Source: Chitinophagaceae bacterium (lineage in GTDB: Bacteria > Bacteroidota > Bacteroidia > Chitinophagales > Chitinophagaceae). From it: a stretch of DNA of 64,000 nucleotides. The translations under genes were made by a program, and so were the position numbers. The notes beneath the pieces were generated by a model that made no database searches, had not been told where the DNA came from, and worked only from the letters and a program-made list of their open reading frames with translations. Positions 40,455 to 51,576 of this stretch are shown here, piece by piece. How positions within the stretch are numbered: position 1 is the first letter of the stretch; every line of letters starts with the position of its first letter. The DNA lies in the NCBI GenBank assembly GCA_036564845.1, contig DATCOF010000331.1:944-64943 (forward strand). The letters run 5' to 3'.

Positions 40455-41561
40455 TTATAATCTATCCTTCAGTTTTAGAAAGTAGCTTTCAAAATAGCGA
40501 AAGCTAATGTGTGAGATGAATATGGTTGTTAGCAATGTAATGGCAGCCTGAAATAAACTCTTATAAAAAGGTTGCCCAGCATTAAAAAAGTAAAATACTT
40601 TTATCATGAACGAGGCTATTAATAAGTGATAAATATAAAGCCCATATGAAATCCTCCCTAAGTAATTGATCGTCTTAAATTTTCCTGCATTAAAAATTCT
40701 ACTATCATTGAACGTCTGGTCAAAAAGTATCAATGCATAACAAATGCTGTTAAAAACCATTGAAGCGATAATATCAAAATGAGTTATCCCGGTATTTTGA
40801 GTAACAAAGAAAGTTATCAGTAAAAAATAAACAGAGGCATAAAAAAGATTAGATAATCTTTTTAAAAAAGTAAAATTATTTTTTCTCCCCTGGCAAATTA
40901 TGGCTATCAATGCTCCAAAACAAAAGTCAGGTAACGCATACAATGAATGAATTTTTAAATTCATTGCTTTATTATGCCACACATACAAATAGTAGTAACA
41001 AAAAATAAGAGAGCCCGCCAGTAAAATTAATATAAGAGGAATAAGATATCGCCTGCAATATTTAAGCATTAGCCCCCAGAAAATATAAAATTGTTCTTCT
41101 ATAGCCAGTGACCATAAGATAGTAAGAGCTGAGATAAAATTCACCCCATAATCTATCATATAAAAATTTGACCAGAAAAAGATGAATGGAAGAATGTTAG
41201 GCAATGTTGGTTTTTCTAAATTCAATGCAGTAAATAAATTAGGGATCAACAGAAAACAAATAAGTATCAATAAAAAATAACCAGGCCATATACGTAATCC
41301 TCTTTTTAGATAAAATTTCAGCAGTTGTATATCATTAATTTTTTTGTGATCTTCTAATAGTCTGTAGGTAATTAAAAAACTGGAAAGAGTAAAAAAGAAT
41401 GGAACTCCAAGATAAGAGAAGGAAAATGCAGAAATAAGTATATCAATAATATTTACAGACTGGGCAGATGAATATATGGGCAAAGTATGTGAAGTAAAAA
41501 CTCCTAAAAATGCCAAAAATCTTAATGCATCAAGGTTTTTAAAAAATAATCTGTCTTGCAT
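40455..41561 (-). CDS. Acyltransferase family 3 (OafA-like) membrane O-acyltransferase
   Basis: LDALRFLAF..V..SH, FFFTLSSFLIT, RGLRIWP, WSLAIEEQFY, GRISYGLYIYH. Confidence 0.9.
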   Translation of the reverse strand: MQDRLFFKNLDALRFLAFLGVFTSHTLPIYSSAQSVNIIDILISAFSFSYLGVPFFFTLSSFLITYRLLEDHKKINDIQLLKFYLKRGLRIWPGYFLLILICFLLIPNLFTALNLEKPTLPNILPFIFFWSNFYMIDYGVNFISALTILWSLAIEEQFYIFWGLMLKYCRRYLIPLILILLAGSLIFCYYYLYVWHNKAMNLKIHSLYALPDFCFGALIAIICQGRKNNFTFLKRLSNLFYASVYFLLITFFVTQNTGITHFDIIASMVFNSICYALILFDQTFNDSRIFNAGKFKTINYLGRISYGLYIYHLLIASFMIKVFYFFNAGQPFYKSLFQAAITLLTTIFISHISFRYFESYFLKLKDRL

Positions 41562-41641
41562 AAGCCATTATTGGTAAGCGTTGAAGATAATAATATTACT
41601 CTTCTTTTTTTAATCCTGTTATTATTGGTAATGCTTATTAG

Positions 41642-41649
41642 TAAATTTG
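41642..41649 (+). promoter_or_regulatory. -7 promoter element for hscA
   Basis: TAAATTTG, 18 nt before the ATG. Confidence 0.5.
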
Positions 41650-41667
41650 CTTTTTAAATAATAGTAA

Positions 41668-43554
41668 ATGGCAAAAATAGGGATCAACATTGCAACCGGT
41701 AGTTTGCAAAAAGAAGAAATAATTGTTGGGATCGATCTTGGCACCACCAATAGCCTTATAGCAATCATACACCCGGAAACCAAACAGGCAGTGGCTTTAA
41801 AGGAACACAACAGCAGTTCATTGGTTCCATCAATTGTTTATTTTGATGAGCAGGGAAATGTAACTGTTGGCGAAGAAGCAAAACAATATTTGATCACTGA
41901 ACCACAGAACACGATTTTTTCTGCAAAACGATTGATGGGAAAATCTTACAATGACATCAAGAGCAACAGTTCATTTTTTACTTATAAAATTATTGATGAT
42001 AATACAGAGAGCCTTGTAAAAATTCAGGTAGGAAATAAATTTTATTCACCGGTTGAACTGTCTTCTTTTATTTTAAAAGAACTAAAACAAAGAGCTGAGC
42101 ACATTTTAAAAACACCGGTGAACAAAGCTGTAGTTACAGTTCCTGCATATTTTAATGATGCACAGAGACAGGCAACACGTGATGCCGGAAAGCTTGCCGG
42201 GCTTGATGTTTTAAGGATCATCAATGAGCCAACAGCAGCCAGTCTTGCATATGGAATTGGGCTGCATAAAGAAGATCACAAAACAATTGCAGTGTATGAT
42301 CTTGGTGGTGGCACTTTTGATATTTCTATTTTAAGGATATCAAACGGCATCTTTGAAGTGCTTTCCACCAACGGCGATACTTATCTTGGCGGTGATGATT
42401 TTGATAATGCAATAGTAAAGTTTTGGTTGCAGCAATTATCGGTTAGTGAAGATGAATTAAAGAATAATAAAGAGTTTGCACAAGCCATCAGGCTAAAGGC
42501 TGAAGAAGCAAAAAAATACCTTTCTGATAATGAAATTTTTGTGGGTGAGGTGCTTTACTCCTTCCCCTCCGGGGGAGGTTGGGAGGGGGCTTTAAAAATT
42601 TCCAAAACAGAATTTGAAGAACTCATTCGTCCATCAATTGATAAAACAATTGCAGCGTGTAAAAATGCTTTGAAGGATGCAAACCTTACAGCAACAGATA
42701 TTGAAGTGATAGTAATGGTTGGCGGTTCAACAAGAATTCCTTTTGTGAATAAAACCATTTCTGATTTTTTTGGAAAGCAGGTAAATGATTCAATGAACCC
42801 TGAAGAAGTGGTTGCTCTGGGAGCTGCGCTGCAGGCCGATATTTTAGCAGGAAATAATAAAGATTTTTTGTTACTGGATATTACGCCTCTTTCATTAGGT
42901 ATTGAAACTCGTGGAGGATTGATGGACATTTTAATTCCGAGAAATTCCAAGATTCCAACAAAGGCATCGCGGCAATATACAACACAGGTTAACGGGCAAA
43001 GCGGAATTAAAATTTCTGTTTTCCAGGGAGAAAGAGATCTTGTAAATGATAATAGGAAGCTTGCTGAATTTAATTTAACCAACATACCGGCAATGCCTGC
43101 GGGGTTGCCAAAAGTTGAGATCTCTTTTTTAATAAATGCTGACGGTATTTTAATTGTAAAAGCGAAAGAACTAAGAAGTAGTGTTGAGCAAAGTATTGAA
43201 GTGCAGCCGCAGTATGGGTTAACAGATCAGCAGGTTGAACAAATGTTACTGGAATCTATCACGCATGCAAAAGATGATATTGCCACAAGAGCCTTGCTGG
43301 AAGCAAGAACAGAAGGAGAGCAATTGTTGGAAACTACTGAAAAGTTTATTCAAAAAAATGCCAAAGAGTTATCGTCTGAAGAACTGGTTACGACTGCAGA
43401 AGCTATGCAGGCTTTGCAATTGGCGCTTACAATGGAGGACAAAGATCTTATTCATTCAAAGATCGAAGAACTTAATAATCTCTCACGGCCATATGCAGAA
43501 AGAATAATGGATAAGGCTGTATCAAAAGCTATGAAGGGGAAAGCGATCTCCTGA
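41668..43554 (+). CDS. hscA: Hsp70-family chaperone, HscA-like
   Basis: [44 protein letters not shown]. The N-terminus [11 protein letters not shown] and short C-terminus differ from DnaK. Confidence 0.82.
   Translation: MAKIGINIATGSLQKEEIIVGIDLGTTNSLIAIIHPETKQAVALKEHNSSSLVPSIVYFDEQGNVTVGEEAKQYLITEPQNTIFSAKRLMGKSYNDIKSNSSFFTYKIIDDNTESLVKIQVGNKFYSPVELSSFILKELKQRAEHILKTPVNKAVVTVPAYFNDAQRQATRDAGKLAGLDVLRIINEPTAASLAYGIGLHKEDHKTIAVYDLGGGTFDISILRISNGIFEVLSTNGDTYLGGDDFDNAIVKFWLQQLSVSEDELKNNKEFAQAIRLKAEEAKKYLSDNEIFVGEVLYSFPSGGGWEGALKISKTEFEELIRPSIDKTIAACKNALKDANLTATDIEVIVMVGGSTRIPFVNKTISDFFGKQVNDSMNPEEVVALGAALQADILAGNNKDFLLLDITPLSLGIETRGGLMDILIPRNSKIPTKASRQYTTQVNGQSGIKISVFQGERDLVNDNRKLAEFNLTNIPAMPAGLPKVEISFLINADGILIVKAKELRSSVEQSIEVQPQYGLTDQQVEQMLLESITHAKDDIATRALLEARTEGEQLLETTEKFIQKNAKELSSEELVTTAEAMQALQLALTMEDKDLIHSKIEELNNLSRPYAERIMDKAVSKAMKGKAIS
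42558..42593. repeat. Palindromic element, copy 4, in-frame insertion inside hscA
   Basis: ctccttcccctccgggggaggttgggagggggcttt is a GC-rich island in an AT-rich gene and encodes [11 protein letters not shown]. Confidence 0.75.
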
Positions 43555-45625
43555 TAAATGCAGGATTAATTAAAAGAAGAATCACAACCATTGAAAAAAA
43601 GATAAGACTGATAAGCATTGCAACCTTTACTTTTTGTGGCTCGAATGTTATCTCAATTTTGTTTTCACCTTTTGCTATTGGCACTGCAATAAAATTTGTT
43701 GCATATTGTTGAACTTCCTTTTTTTCTTTCCCATTATCATAAAACCAAAATGGATAAAACGCTTGCTGGTAAATGATTCTGCCTGTATCTGCAGCGTTTA
43801 CTGTGAACACTATTTTATTTCCGGTAAAAGATATTACAATAGGTTTTGTGTCGTTTAAGTTTTTTGAAAAAAGGAAATCGTTTTGAGCAAGAGATAAAGA
43901 AGGATTGGTTTCAACAGTGTCAAAATATTTTATTGTATTGTTTAACCTGATAGGGTAGGAGACTTCTCGTGTAACGCCAATTTGTTTATTGTATAAACTC
44001 CAGTCGCCAACCAATCCTTTTTCATAAATACTTATAGTATCATTTTTAATAACAGGTTGTAATGCAGGGATAGGAATACCTTTTGAAGATTTGTTTAAAA
44101 CCCGCTGCACGTCTGCAACAGAAGCCTGCCCAACACCTGTAAAAGGCAGATTTAATAATGTTGCAAGAACGATATCTGCGACAACAATTCTTGCTAAATA
44201 ATTCCAATTTCGTTGTATCAAACACCATTTTATTCCCCAAATTAAAAACAGTTGTATAATGCCCTGCAACCATAAGGCATCGTAAAAAGTTATTGAATCG
44301 ATCAGCGCTTTTAATTTTAATGATGATCCATTTTGTGATGCAATATTTTTAAAAGAATACAGAATCCCCTGGTGGTTATTTATCGTTTTGTATAATCCAA
44401 AAGCTATACATACAAACAGTATGATCTCAAAGGAATAGTAGATCCATTTGATCCTGCCTTTAAATTCCTTTTGTTCAACAATAAATTTGTTCAATTCAAT
44501 AGCAGCAATTATTATAAAACACAGCAGTGAAAAAATAATGAACTCTCCGTTCAATCTTACATAACCAATAAGCGGAATAAATTTATAAGCAAAGGTTTTA
44601 AAAATTCCTCCTGATGAAAGCAGCAAAAATGCAATGCCCGTATACAAGAAAAATTTTTGCCAACTGTTTTTTTGAAAGATTGATAAAAAGAAAAACAACA
44701 ACAGTGTAAGAGAGAAATAAATGTTTCTCATAGAAATATCTGTTGCAAAAAAACTATCATTTTTTGTGGTGGTTAAAGGCAGCAAAGCTGATATCCAGCT
44801 TTGCGGAGAAGCAGGACTCTTCAGGCTTTCAGTCAGCAATACTTTATCACCCCGGCTGAAGTATGGCAAAATATCCATATAGCCAACTATCATTCCTGCG
44901 CTAAGTATTATCAAAACAATAAGTAAAACGGAATTGGTTATTACGAACTTTTTTATCCTTTTAGTAAGCCCTGATTCATTCTTATTTTTAAAGAATAGAA
45001 ATATTGATAGTGCTATAAAAAAATAAAAAGCGCCTATCGTTATGCCTGGATGCGCTGAAGAAATAAACAAATAAAACAGTAATACACTTTGTAAAATATT
45101 TTTAATAGAAAAATTTTGCTGTAATAATAAATAACTCCATACACACCATGGCAAAAATGCTGCACCACTCAGCCAGTTAAAATGCTGCAGATGACCAACA
45201 TTATAGCCGCAACACATGTATGCAATGGCTGCAATAAATCTTACTTTGTTTTGTAATTTAAAGTAACCACACAGTTTATACATTCCAATTCCTCCAATAA
45301 AAAGATAAGCAAGAACTTCAATTGTAAAAGTATATACGTTGTAACCAACAGTGCCTGCAATGAGCCATGTGAGCGGGTTCCAGTAACCACTGCTCATGTC
45401 GCCATATTGTGGAATGCCATAGTTTATGTATGGATTCCACAAAGGAAGGTGACCTGCATGAAGACTTTCACTCATAAAAAACTTGGGCGGAAAGTAACCG
45501 TTAAAGGCATCGTTCTTGATAAAAAAGAGAAACGTAGAAACCGGCAGGTATGCAACAAACAATATCAATAAGAAGGCAAAAATTGTTTTTACAGATTGCC
45601 TCTTTGAATTTGTGTAAACTTGCAT
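43529..45625 (-). CDS. YfhO-like polytopic membrane protein (putative GT-C glycosyltransferase)
   Basis: [14 protein letters not shown], many TM segments, C-terminal periplasmic domain ending [16 protein letters not shown] plus a last TM. The stop overlaps the hscA 3' end. Confidence 0.75.
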   Translation of the reverse strand: MQVYTNSKRQSVKTIFAFLLILFVAYLPVSTFLFFIKNDAFNGYFPPKFFMSESLHAGHLPLWNPYINYGIPQYGDMSSGYWNPLTWLIAGTVGYNVYTFTIEVLAYLFIGGIGMYKLCGYFKLQNKVRFIAAIAYMCCGYNVGHLQHFNWLSGAAFLPWCVWSYLLLQQNFSIKNILQSVLLFYLFISSAHPGITIGAFYFFIALSIFLFFKNKNESGLTKRIKKFVITNSVLLIVLIILSAGMIVGYMDILPYFSRGDKVLLTESLKSPASPQSWISALLPLTTTKNDSFFATDISMRNIYFSLTLLLFFFLSIFQKNSWQKFFLYTGIAFLLLSSGGIFKTFAYKFIPLIGYVRLNGEFIIFSLLCFIIIAAIELNKFIVEQKEFKGRIKWIYYSFEIILFVCIAFGLYKTINNHQGILYSFKNIASQNGSSLKLKALIDSITFYDALWLQGIIQLFLIWGIKWCLIQRNWNYLARIVVADIVLATLLNLPFTGVGQASVADVQRVLNKSSKGIPIPALQPVIKNDTISIYEKGLVGDWSLYNKQIGVTREVSYPIRLNNTIKYFDTVETNPSLSLAQNDFLFSKNLNDTKPIVISFTGNKIVFTVNAADTGRIIYQQAFYPFWFYDNGKEKKEVQQYATNFIAVPIAKGENKIEITFEPQKVKVAMLISLIFFSMVVILLLINPAFIRRSLSPS

Positions 45626-45651
45626 TTGCTAAAAATACATTTTTACAATAT

Positions 45652-46365
45652 ATGACTGAAAGAAGTTTTGATGATTTTGACGCGTATGCAAAAGATTATC
45701 GTAGTATTCATACAGAGAATGTAAAAATCTCAGGGGCTGATAGTTTCTATTTTGCCGAAATGAAAGTGAAGTTGTTACAGCAATTTGAACCAGATGTTCC
45801 CTTAAAAGTTTTGGATGTTGGATGTGGAGATGGTGCTACCGAAATGTTTATGAATAAATACTTCCCGTTATGGCAGATAGGTGCAATAGATATATCAGGG
45901 CAAAGTATTGAAGAAGCAAAAAATAAAAATATTCTTAACTGCAATTTTCAAACGTATGATGGTAAATGGATTCCTTTTGCAGATAAAAGCTTTGATATGG
46001 TTTTTATGGCGGGTGTACTGCATCATATTAATTTTAGTTTGCACAATGATCTTGTAAAAGAAATCAGCAGGGTTTTAAAACAAGATGGAAGATTTTATTT
46101 GTTTGAGCACAATCCACTTAATCCTGTTACAAAACATTTAGTTAATACATGCGTATTCGACAAAGATGCAAAGCTTTTAAAAAGTGCTTACACCGCAAGA
46201 ATGTTAAGAGAAAATAATTTCGATATTAAGAAAAAAAAGTTTGTCATCTTTTTTCCAAGAAAAGGTATTTTATCAAAGCTTATTTTCTTAGAAAAATATT
46301 TACACTGGCTCCCGATAGGAGGGCAATATTTTATAGTTGCCAACAAAAAAGCTAATCAATATTAA
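45652..46365 (+). CDS. Class I SAM-dependent methyltransferase (likely start MTERSFD at 45652 rather than 45550)
   Basis: VLDVGCGDG, IPFADKSFDMV, VLHH, RVLKQDG. The upstream start would overlap the divergent gene. Confidence 0.85.
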   Translation: MTERSFDDFDAYAKDYRSIHTENVKISGADSFYFAEMKVKLLQQFEPDVPLKVLDVGCGDGATEMFMNKYFPLWQIGAIDISGQSIEEAKNKNILNCNFQTYDGKWIPFADKSFDMVFMAGVLHHINFSLHNDLVKEISRVLKQDGRFYLFEHNPLNPVTKHLVNTCVFDKDAKLLKSAYTARMLRENNFDIKKKKFVIFFPRKGILSKLIFLEKYLHWLPIGGQYFIVANKKANQY

Positions 46366-47269
46366 TTTTTTTGTCGATCAAAAACAGCGGACGGTTTTTG
46401 CTTTCTACAAAAAGGCTGGCAATATATTCTCCTAATAAACCAATGGCTAATAGTTGTGTTCCTCCTAAAAACATTATAGCAATTATTGTAGACGCCCAAC
46501 CGGGAACTGTGTTTCCTTTATAATAAGAAACCAGTGCAAATATTCCAAAAGAAAATGCAGCCAATGAAATTATTGATCCTATAAAAATGGCTACCCGCAA
46601 AGGTTTAAAGCTAAACGAAGTGATTCCTTTTAATGCCAGCTTGGTCATTTTTCCAAATGAATATTTTGTTTTCCCAAAGCGCCGCTCCGGTGCATCAAAA
46701 TTTATTGTGGTGGTTTTAAATCCTATCCAGCTAAAAATTCCGCGTAAAAAAAGTTCTCTTTCTTTAAACAGTAAAATATTGGTTAATACTTTTTTATTGA
46801 ATGCTCTAAAGTCAGAAGCATTGGGTTCAATGTATGTATCAGAAATTGAATTAATAAAACGATAAAATATTTTTGAGAAAATATTTTTAACTACTCCCGC
46901 ATTATTTGTTCTATTTCGTTTGGTAATTACAATATCATATCCTTCATTTAATTTTTCAACCATAGTTTGAATAAGAGAAGGAGGATGTTGCAGGTCGCCA
47001 TCCATTGTAATTATATAATCTCCTTTTGCATGTTGAAGCCCAGCCATCAATGCATTCTGGTGTCCAAAATTCCTTGAAAGAGAAATGCATTTAATATTAT
47101 TGTTTGCATTGGATAATTGCTGTATCTCTAAAAAAGTGTTGTCTGTACTGCCATCATCAATAAAAATTAATTCATCTGTAGAAGATAAATACTTTTTGAT
47201 CTCATCATAAAGCGGTACAATGTTTTTCTCCTCATCAAAAACCGGGATTATTACAGAAACAAACGCCAT
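46352..47269 (-). CDS. GT2 glycosyltransferase, GtrB/ArnC-like (polyprenyl-phosphate sugar synthase)
   Basis: VIIPVFDEE, IDDGSTD, SRNFGHQNAL, MDGDLQHPP, RRFGKTKYS, two C-terminal TMs. Confidence 0.9.
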   Translation of the reverse strand: MAFVSVIIPVFDEEKNIVPLYDEIKKYLSSTDELIFIDDGSTDNTFLEIQQLSNANNNIKCISLSRNFGHQNALMAGLQHAKGDYIITMDGDLQHPPSLIQTMVEKLNEGYDIVITKRNRTNNAGVVKNIFSKIFYRFINSISDTYIEPNASDFRAFNKKVLTNILLFKERELFLRGIFSWIGFKTTTINFDAPERRFGKTKYSFGKMTKLALKGITSFSFKPLRVAIFIGSIISLAAFSFGIFALVSYYKGNTVPGWASTIIAIMFLGGTQLLAIGLLGEYIASLFVESKNRPLFLIDKKINID

Positions 47270-47297
47270 GCAGATAGTTTAGATGTAAATTTATAAT

Positions 47298-47879
47298 TTA
47301 GGCTAATAATCTTTGCACATATTTCCCCAGCATATCAAATTCTATATTAACTTTTGAACTTTCTTCAACAGATGATAAGTTAGTATGTTCTAAAGTGTAA
47401 GGTATAATTGCAACCGTAAACTTTTTTTTGCGGACATTAAAAGCAGTCAGGCTTATGCCATTTACACAAACTGAGCCTTTTTCAATAATTAATGAAGCAA
47501 ATTTCTTTTTAAATGTAAAAGTAAACTCAGTACTTCCATTTAGTATTTTTTTGTCAATGCAAATTGCTGTTGTATCTACATGGCCCTGTACAATATGCCC
47601 ATCTATCCGGCCATTCATTTGCATTGGCCTTTCAAGATTTACAATGTCACCTACTTTCCAATCATCCAAATTAGTTTTAATAAGGGTTTCATTGATGGCA
47701 GTTACTTTATGAGCGCTTTCTTTTATTTCTTCTATAGTAAGGCAAACACCATCATGGCTTATACTTTCATCAATATTTAATTGTGAGGATATAGGGCTTT
47801 CTATCCAAAATGTTTTATTAGATCCATTTATACTTATACTTTTTATCTTCCCCAGGTCTTCAATAATTCCGGTAAACAT
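47298..47879 (-). CDS. ribE: Riboflavin synthase alpha chain
   Basis: Diagnostic MFTGII N-terminus, VNLER, GHIVQGHVD, VNIEFD. Confidence 0.96.
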   Translation of the reverse strand: MFTGIIEDLGKIKSISINGSNKTFWIESPISSQLNIDESISHDGVCLTIEEIKESAHKVTAINETLIKTNLDDWKVGDIVNLERPMQMNGRIDGHIVQGHVDTTAICIDKKILNGSTEFTFTFKKKFASLIIEKGSVCVNGISLTAFNVRKKKFTVAIIPYTLEHTNLSSVEESSKVNIEFDMLGKYVQRLLA

Positions 47880-47942
47880 GTTAATTATTTATGCGAATTT
47901 CGTATTTCATTATTAGAATTTCGATAATTAAAAATTTCCAAT

Positions 47943-47950
47943 TACCTTTG
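47943..47950 (+). promoter_or_regulatory. -7 promoter element for rpsU
   Basis: TACCTTTG matches TAnnTTTG. Confidence 0.65.
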
Positions 47951-47983
47951 TCCTCCAAAAAATAATAAAAAGAAAAATATTTT

Positions 47984-48181
47984 ATGCTCATTATTGATTC
48001 TAAAGACTGCGAAAACATAGACAAAGCACTTAAAAAGTACAAAAAGAAATTTGAGAAAAGTAAAGTTCTATTGCAGCTAAGAGAGCGCCAGGCATTTATT
48101 AAGCCATCTATCCGCCGCAGGGGACAGGTTTTAAAAGCCGTTTATAAGCAGCAAATAGCAAGCGGTAAAATAGAAATTTAA
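47984..48181 (+). CDS. rpsU: 30S ribosomal protein S21
   Basis: ENIDKALKKYKKK...LRERQAFIKPSIRRR. Confidence 0.93.
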   Translation: MLIIDSKDCENIDKALKKYKKKFEKSKVLLQLRERQAFIKPSIRRRGQVLKAVYKQQIASGKIEI

Positions 48182-48253
48182 TATGTAGATATTTCAACCA
48201 GCATTATATTGCCGGTAGCTTTTAAGGTTTAACTTTGGGCTTCCGGTTTTTTT

Positions 48254-49153
48254 ATGCACTCAACCCAAACCTCTATACAAACCTTTTTAGATTATCTCAA
48301 ATTTCAAAAACGGTATTCACAGCATACAATTATTTCGTATGAAAATGATCTAAAAGATTTTTTTGATTTTATAGAAACCAACTACGGACAACTTTCTTTA
48401 ACCGAGATCTCCACTACATTAGTAAGAACCTGGCTTGCAAATTTGAAGCAGAATAAAATTGTACCTAAAAGTATCAATAGAAAAATATCAACATTAAAAT
48501 CATTTTTTAAATACCAGTTAAGAAAAGAAACGATTGCTGTAAGCCCCATGGCTACTATTGTTTCGCTTAAAGTAAACAAGCGTTTACCATCTTTTATTGA
48601 AGAAAAAGATATGGACACTTTATTTCAGCATGTTGAATTTCCTGATACGTGGGAAGGGAAAACCAATCGCCTGATGTTGCAAATATTTTATCAAACCGGT
48701 GTGCGGTTAAGTGAACTGATTAATTTAAAAGAATCGCAAATTGATAAGGGCTATAGTAATTTAAAAGTTTTAGGGAAAAGAAATAAAGAAAGAATAATCC
48801 CGATAAACAATTTATTGCTTTACCCGATTTTGGAATATATAAATGCAAAGAGAAATAATATTGAAATTTTTGATACTGAATATTTGTTGATAAGCGAAAA
48901 AGGGAAAAAATTACAGCCGAAATATGTGTATAATAAAGTAAAACAATATCTCGGATACGTAACTACCAACGAAAGAAAGAGTCCGCATATTTTACGCCAC
49001 AGCTTTGCCACTCACTTAACTAATAATGGCGCTGACATTAATGCGGTAAAGGAATTGCTGGGGCACAGCAGTTTAGCTGCTACTCAAATTTATACGCATA
49101 ACAGTATTGAAAAACTAAAAGATATTCATAAAAAAACACATCCTAAATCCTGA
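48254..49153 (+). CDS. xerC: Tyrosine recombinase XerC-like (chromosomal)
   Basis: R-K-H-R-H-Y residues in GVRLSEL, GKRNKER, HILRHSFATH, LLGHSS and TQIY. Conserved rpsU-xer-hpf context. Confidence 0.8.
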   Translation: MHSTQTSIQTFLDYLKFQKRYSQHTIISYENDLKDFFDFIETNYGQLSLTEISTTLVRTWLANLKQNKIVPKSINRKISTLKSFFKYQLRKETIAVSPMATIVSLKVNKRLPSFIEEKDMDTLFQHVEFPDTWEGKTNRLMLQIFYQTGVRLSELINLKESQIDKGYSNLKVLGKRNKERIIPINNLLLYPILEYINAKRNNIEIFDTEYLLISEKGKKLQPKYVYNKVKQYLGYVTTNERKSPHILRHSFATHLTNNGADINAVKELLGHSSLAATQIYTHNSIEKLKDIHKKTHPKS

Positions 49154-49316
49154 AAATTTCATATTCAATAAAACAATATTTTGAAAAAATCGTTCATAAT
49201 CCTAACTTCATGATCTTAACTACATAATCCAATTGCATACATAATCCCATTTGCCTATGCCCTTGTAAATTTTACCTTCTAATTATTATTGTTCACTGAT
49301 TAAATTTAAGATTACT

Positions 49317-49616
49317 ATGAACGTAAACATTCAAACATTGCATTTTGAGGCAGACACAAAACTGGTATCGTATGTAGAGAAAAAGCTCTCGAAGCTTGCC
49401 CAGTTTCATGAAAGAATTACAAAAGTTGATGTATTTTTAAAACTAGACAATGTAGTTCACAACATTAAAGACAAGATCGCAGAAATTAAAGTACATGTTC
49501 CCCGCCATGATTTTTTTGTAAAACATTCTTCTAAATCTTTTGAAGAAAGTTTTGATACAGCTCTCGATTCTGTTATCACACAAATAAAACGAAAGAAAGA
49601 AAAATTAGCAGCTTAA
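49317..49616 (+). CDS. hpf: Ribosome hibernation promoting factor (HPF/RaiA family)
   Basis: 99 aa; YVEKKLSKL...FEESFDTALDSVITQIKRKKEK. Confidence 0.88.
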   Translation: MNVNIQTLHFEADTKLVSYVEKKLSKLAQFHERITKVDVFLKLDNVVHNIKDKIAEIKVHVPRHDFFVKHSSKSFEESFDTALDSVITQIKRKKEKLAA

Positions 49617-49620
49617 TAAT

Positions 49621-49652
49621 AAAAAATCTCCCGAAACCGGGAGATTTTTTTT
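49621..49652 (+). terminator. Intrinsic terminator after hpf
   Basis: AAAAAATCTCCCG-AAAC-CGGGAGATTTTTTTT. Confidence 0.88.
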
Positions 49653-49745
49653 GCCATTCACTTTTTATCTTTTTGCAGTGAAATTTATTCTGCGATTCTA
49701 CATTAAAATTTCTATTTCAAAATTTTTGCATTAAACATTTTCCAT

Positions 49746-49753
49746 TACCTTTG
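49746..49753 (+). promoter_or_regulatory. -7 promoter element for the tRNA-tuf operon
   Basis: TACCTTTG, with TTTTG about 20 nt upstream. Confidence 0.65.
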
Positions 49754-49828
49754 CCTTCCCAAAAAACACCCTGTAAAAGTTTGTTTTAACGGGAAGTTCT
49801 TTGCAGGTGTGAGTTTAACATTAAATAT

Positions 49829-49848
49829 CAGTGTAGCTCAGTTGGTCA
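49829..49848 (+). repeat. 20-nt duplicate of the 5' end of tRNA-Thr(TGT)
   Basis: cagtgtagctcagttggtca versus cagtgtagctcagttggcca at 49917-49936 (19/20 identical). Confidence 0.8.
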
Positions 49849-49914
49849 TTGCTTTCCCAATATTGTTGAGATAATTAAGTTTTGAAACAATTTTTTTGAG
49901 AAAATTAATAAAAT

Positions 49915-49988
49915 GCCAGTGTAGCTCAGTTGGCCAGAGCAGCTGATTTGTAATCAGCTGGTCGGGGGTTCGAATCCCTCCACTGGCT
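49915..49988 (+). tRNA. tRNA-Thr(TGT)
   Basis: Acceptor stem GCCAGTG/CACTGGC, anticodon arm gctga-tt-TGT-aa-tcagc, GTTCGAA T-loop. No encoded CCA. Confidence 0.95.
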
Positions 49989-49998
49989 CTAAAAAATT

Positions 49999-50081
<83 letters not shown>

Positions 50082-50133
50082 CAGTTCTTTGAATTCCAAA
50101 ATTGGAATTTCAAATTTTGAAATTAGGTAATAA

Positions 50134-50206
50134 GCGGAAGTAGCTCATTTGGTAGAGCGGTAGCCTTCCAAGCTTCAGGTGGCCGGTTCGAGCCCGGTCT
50201 TCCGCT
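50134..50206 (+). tRNA. tRNA-Gly(TCC)
   Basis: GCGGAAG/CTTCCGC, anticodon loop ct-TCC-aa, one U-U mismatch in the anticodon stem. Confidence 0.9.
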
Positions 50207-50222
50207 CATACTTTTTTATCAA

Positions 50223-50294
<72 letters not shown>

Positions 50295-50388
50295 CTAATT
50301 TTTTTGAGCATTCCTGAGTAGGGAATTTATTAGAATCAAAAAATTATAAAATAATCTTTTTAATAAACAATTATAAAACAAAAATAAA

Positions 50389-51576
50389 ATGGCAAAAGAG
50401 AACTTTAAAAGGGATAAACCCCACGTTAACGTTGGTACTATCGGTCACGTTGATCATGGTAAAACAACATTGACCGCCGCTATAACCGATATTTTGTCTA
50501 AAAAAGGTTTGGCGGAAAAGAAAAATTATGATGAGATTGATGGTGCACCTGAAGAAAAGGAAAGGGGTATCACTATTAATACAGCTCACGTTGAATATGC
50601 AACGGTTGCCCGTCACTATGCACACGTTGATTGTCCGGGGCACGCCGATTATGTGAAGAACATGATCACAGGTGCTGCTCAAATGGATGGCGCAATCTTA
50701 GTAGTTGCTGCTACGGATGGTCCTATGCCGCAAACTAAAGAACACATTCTTTTGGCTCGCCAGGTTGGTGTTCCAAGAATCGTTGTATTTATGAATAAAG
50801 TTGATCTTGTTGATGACCCGGAATTATTGGAACTGGTAGAAATGGAAATTCGTGAGTTACTAACTTCTTACGGATTTGATGGTGATAATACACCTATCAT
50901 CCAGGGTTCTGCAACAGGAGCTTTAGCAGGAGATGAAAAGTGGACAGCAAAAATCGATGAATTAATGGATGCTGTTGATACTTATATTCCATTACCTCCA
51001 CGTCCGGTTGATCAACCATTCCTTATGAGTGTTGAGGATGTATTCTCAATTACAGGTCGTGGTACAGTTGCTACAGGTCGTATTGAAAGAGGAAGAATTA
51101 AAGTTGGTGAGCCAGTTGAAATTGTAGGTTTAATGGAAAAGCCATTACAATCTGTAGTTACAGGTGTTGAGATGTTTAAGAAACTTTTGGATGAAGGTGA
51201 AGCTGGCGATAACGCAGGGTTGTTATTACGTGGTATTGAGAAGAACCAGATCCGTCGTGGAATGGTACTTTGTAAGCCGGGTTCAATTACTCCGCATACT
51301 GAATTTAAAGGTGAGGTTTACGTATTAAGCAAAGAAGAAGGTGGACGTCATACTCCATTCTTCCAAAAGTACCGCCCTCAGTTTTATTTCCGTACTACAG
51401 ATGTTACCGGTGAAGTAGAACTTAACCCTGGAACTGAAATGGTTATGCCTGGGGATAACACGAACCTTACTGTTAAGTTGATTCAGCCAATTGCAATGGA
51501 AAAAGGTTTGAAGTTTGCAATTCGTGAAGGTGGCCGTACAGTAGGTGCAGGACAGGTTACAGAAATTTTAAAATAA
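50389..51576 (+). CDS. tuf: Elongation factor Tu
   Basis: [23 protein letters not shown]. Confidence 0.99.
   Translation: MAKENFKRDKPHVNVGTIGHVDHGKTTLTAAITDILSKKGLAEKKNYDEIDGAPEEKERGITINTAHVEYATVARHYAHVDCPGHADYVKNMITGAAQMDGAILVVAATDGPMPQTKEHILLARQVGVPRIVVFMNKVDLVDDPELLELVEMEIRELLTSYGFDGDNTPIIQGSATGALAGDEKWTAKIDELMDAVDTYIPLPPRPVDQPFLMSVEDVFSITGRGTVATGRIERGRIKVGEPVEIVGLMEKPLQSVVTGVEMFKKLLDEGEAGDNAGLLLRGIEKNQIRRGMVLCKPGSITPHTEFKGEVYVLSKEEGGRHTPFFQKYRPQFYFRTTDVTGEVELNPGTEMVMPGDNTNLTVKLIQPIAMEKGLKFAIREGGRTVGAGQVTEILK

Noticed and set aside
41566-41636. Repeated ttattggtaa(gc/tg) between the acyltransferase and hscA
   Set aside because: Only two short AT-rich copies; not distinguishable from chance without a genome-wide test.
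41668-43554. DnaK call for the Hsp70 gene
   Set aside because: The N-terminal extension, short C-terminus without the DnaK acidic tail, and absence of grpE/dnaJ fit HscA better.
48254-49153. Tyrosine recombinase near tRNAs as a prophage or island integrase
   Set aside because: It is XerC/D-sized, sits in the housekeeping rpsU-xer-hpf-tRNA-tuf order typical of Bacteroidota, and has no cargo or phage genes next to it.
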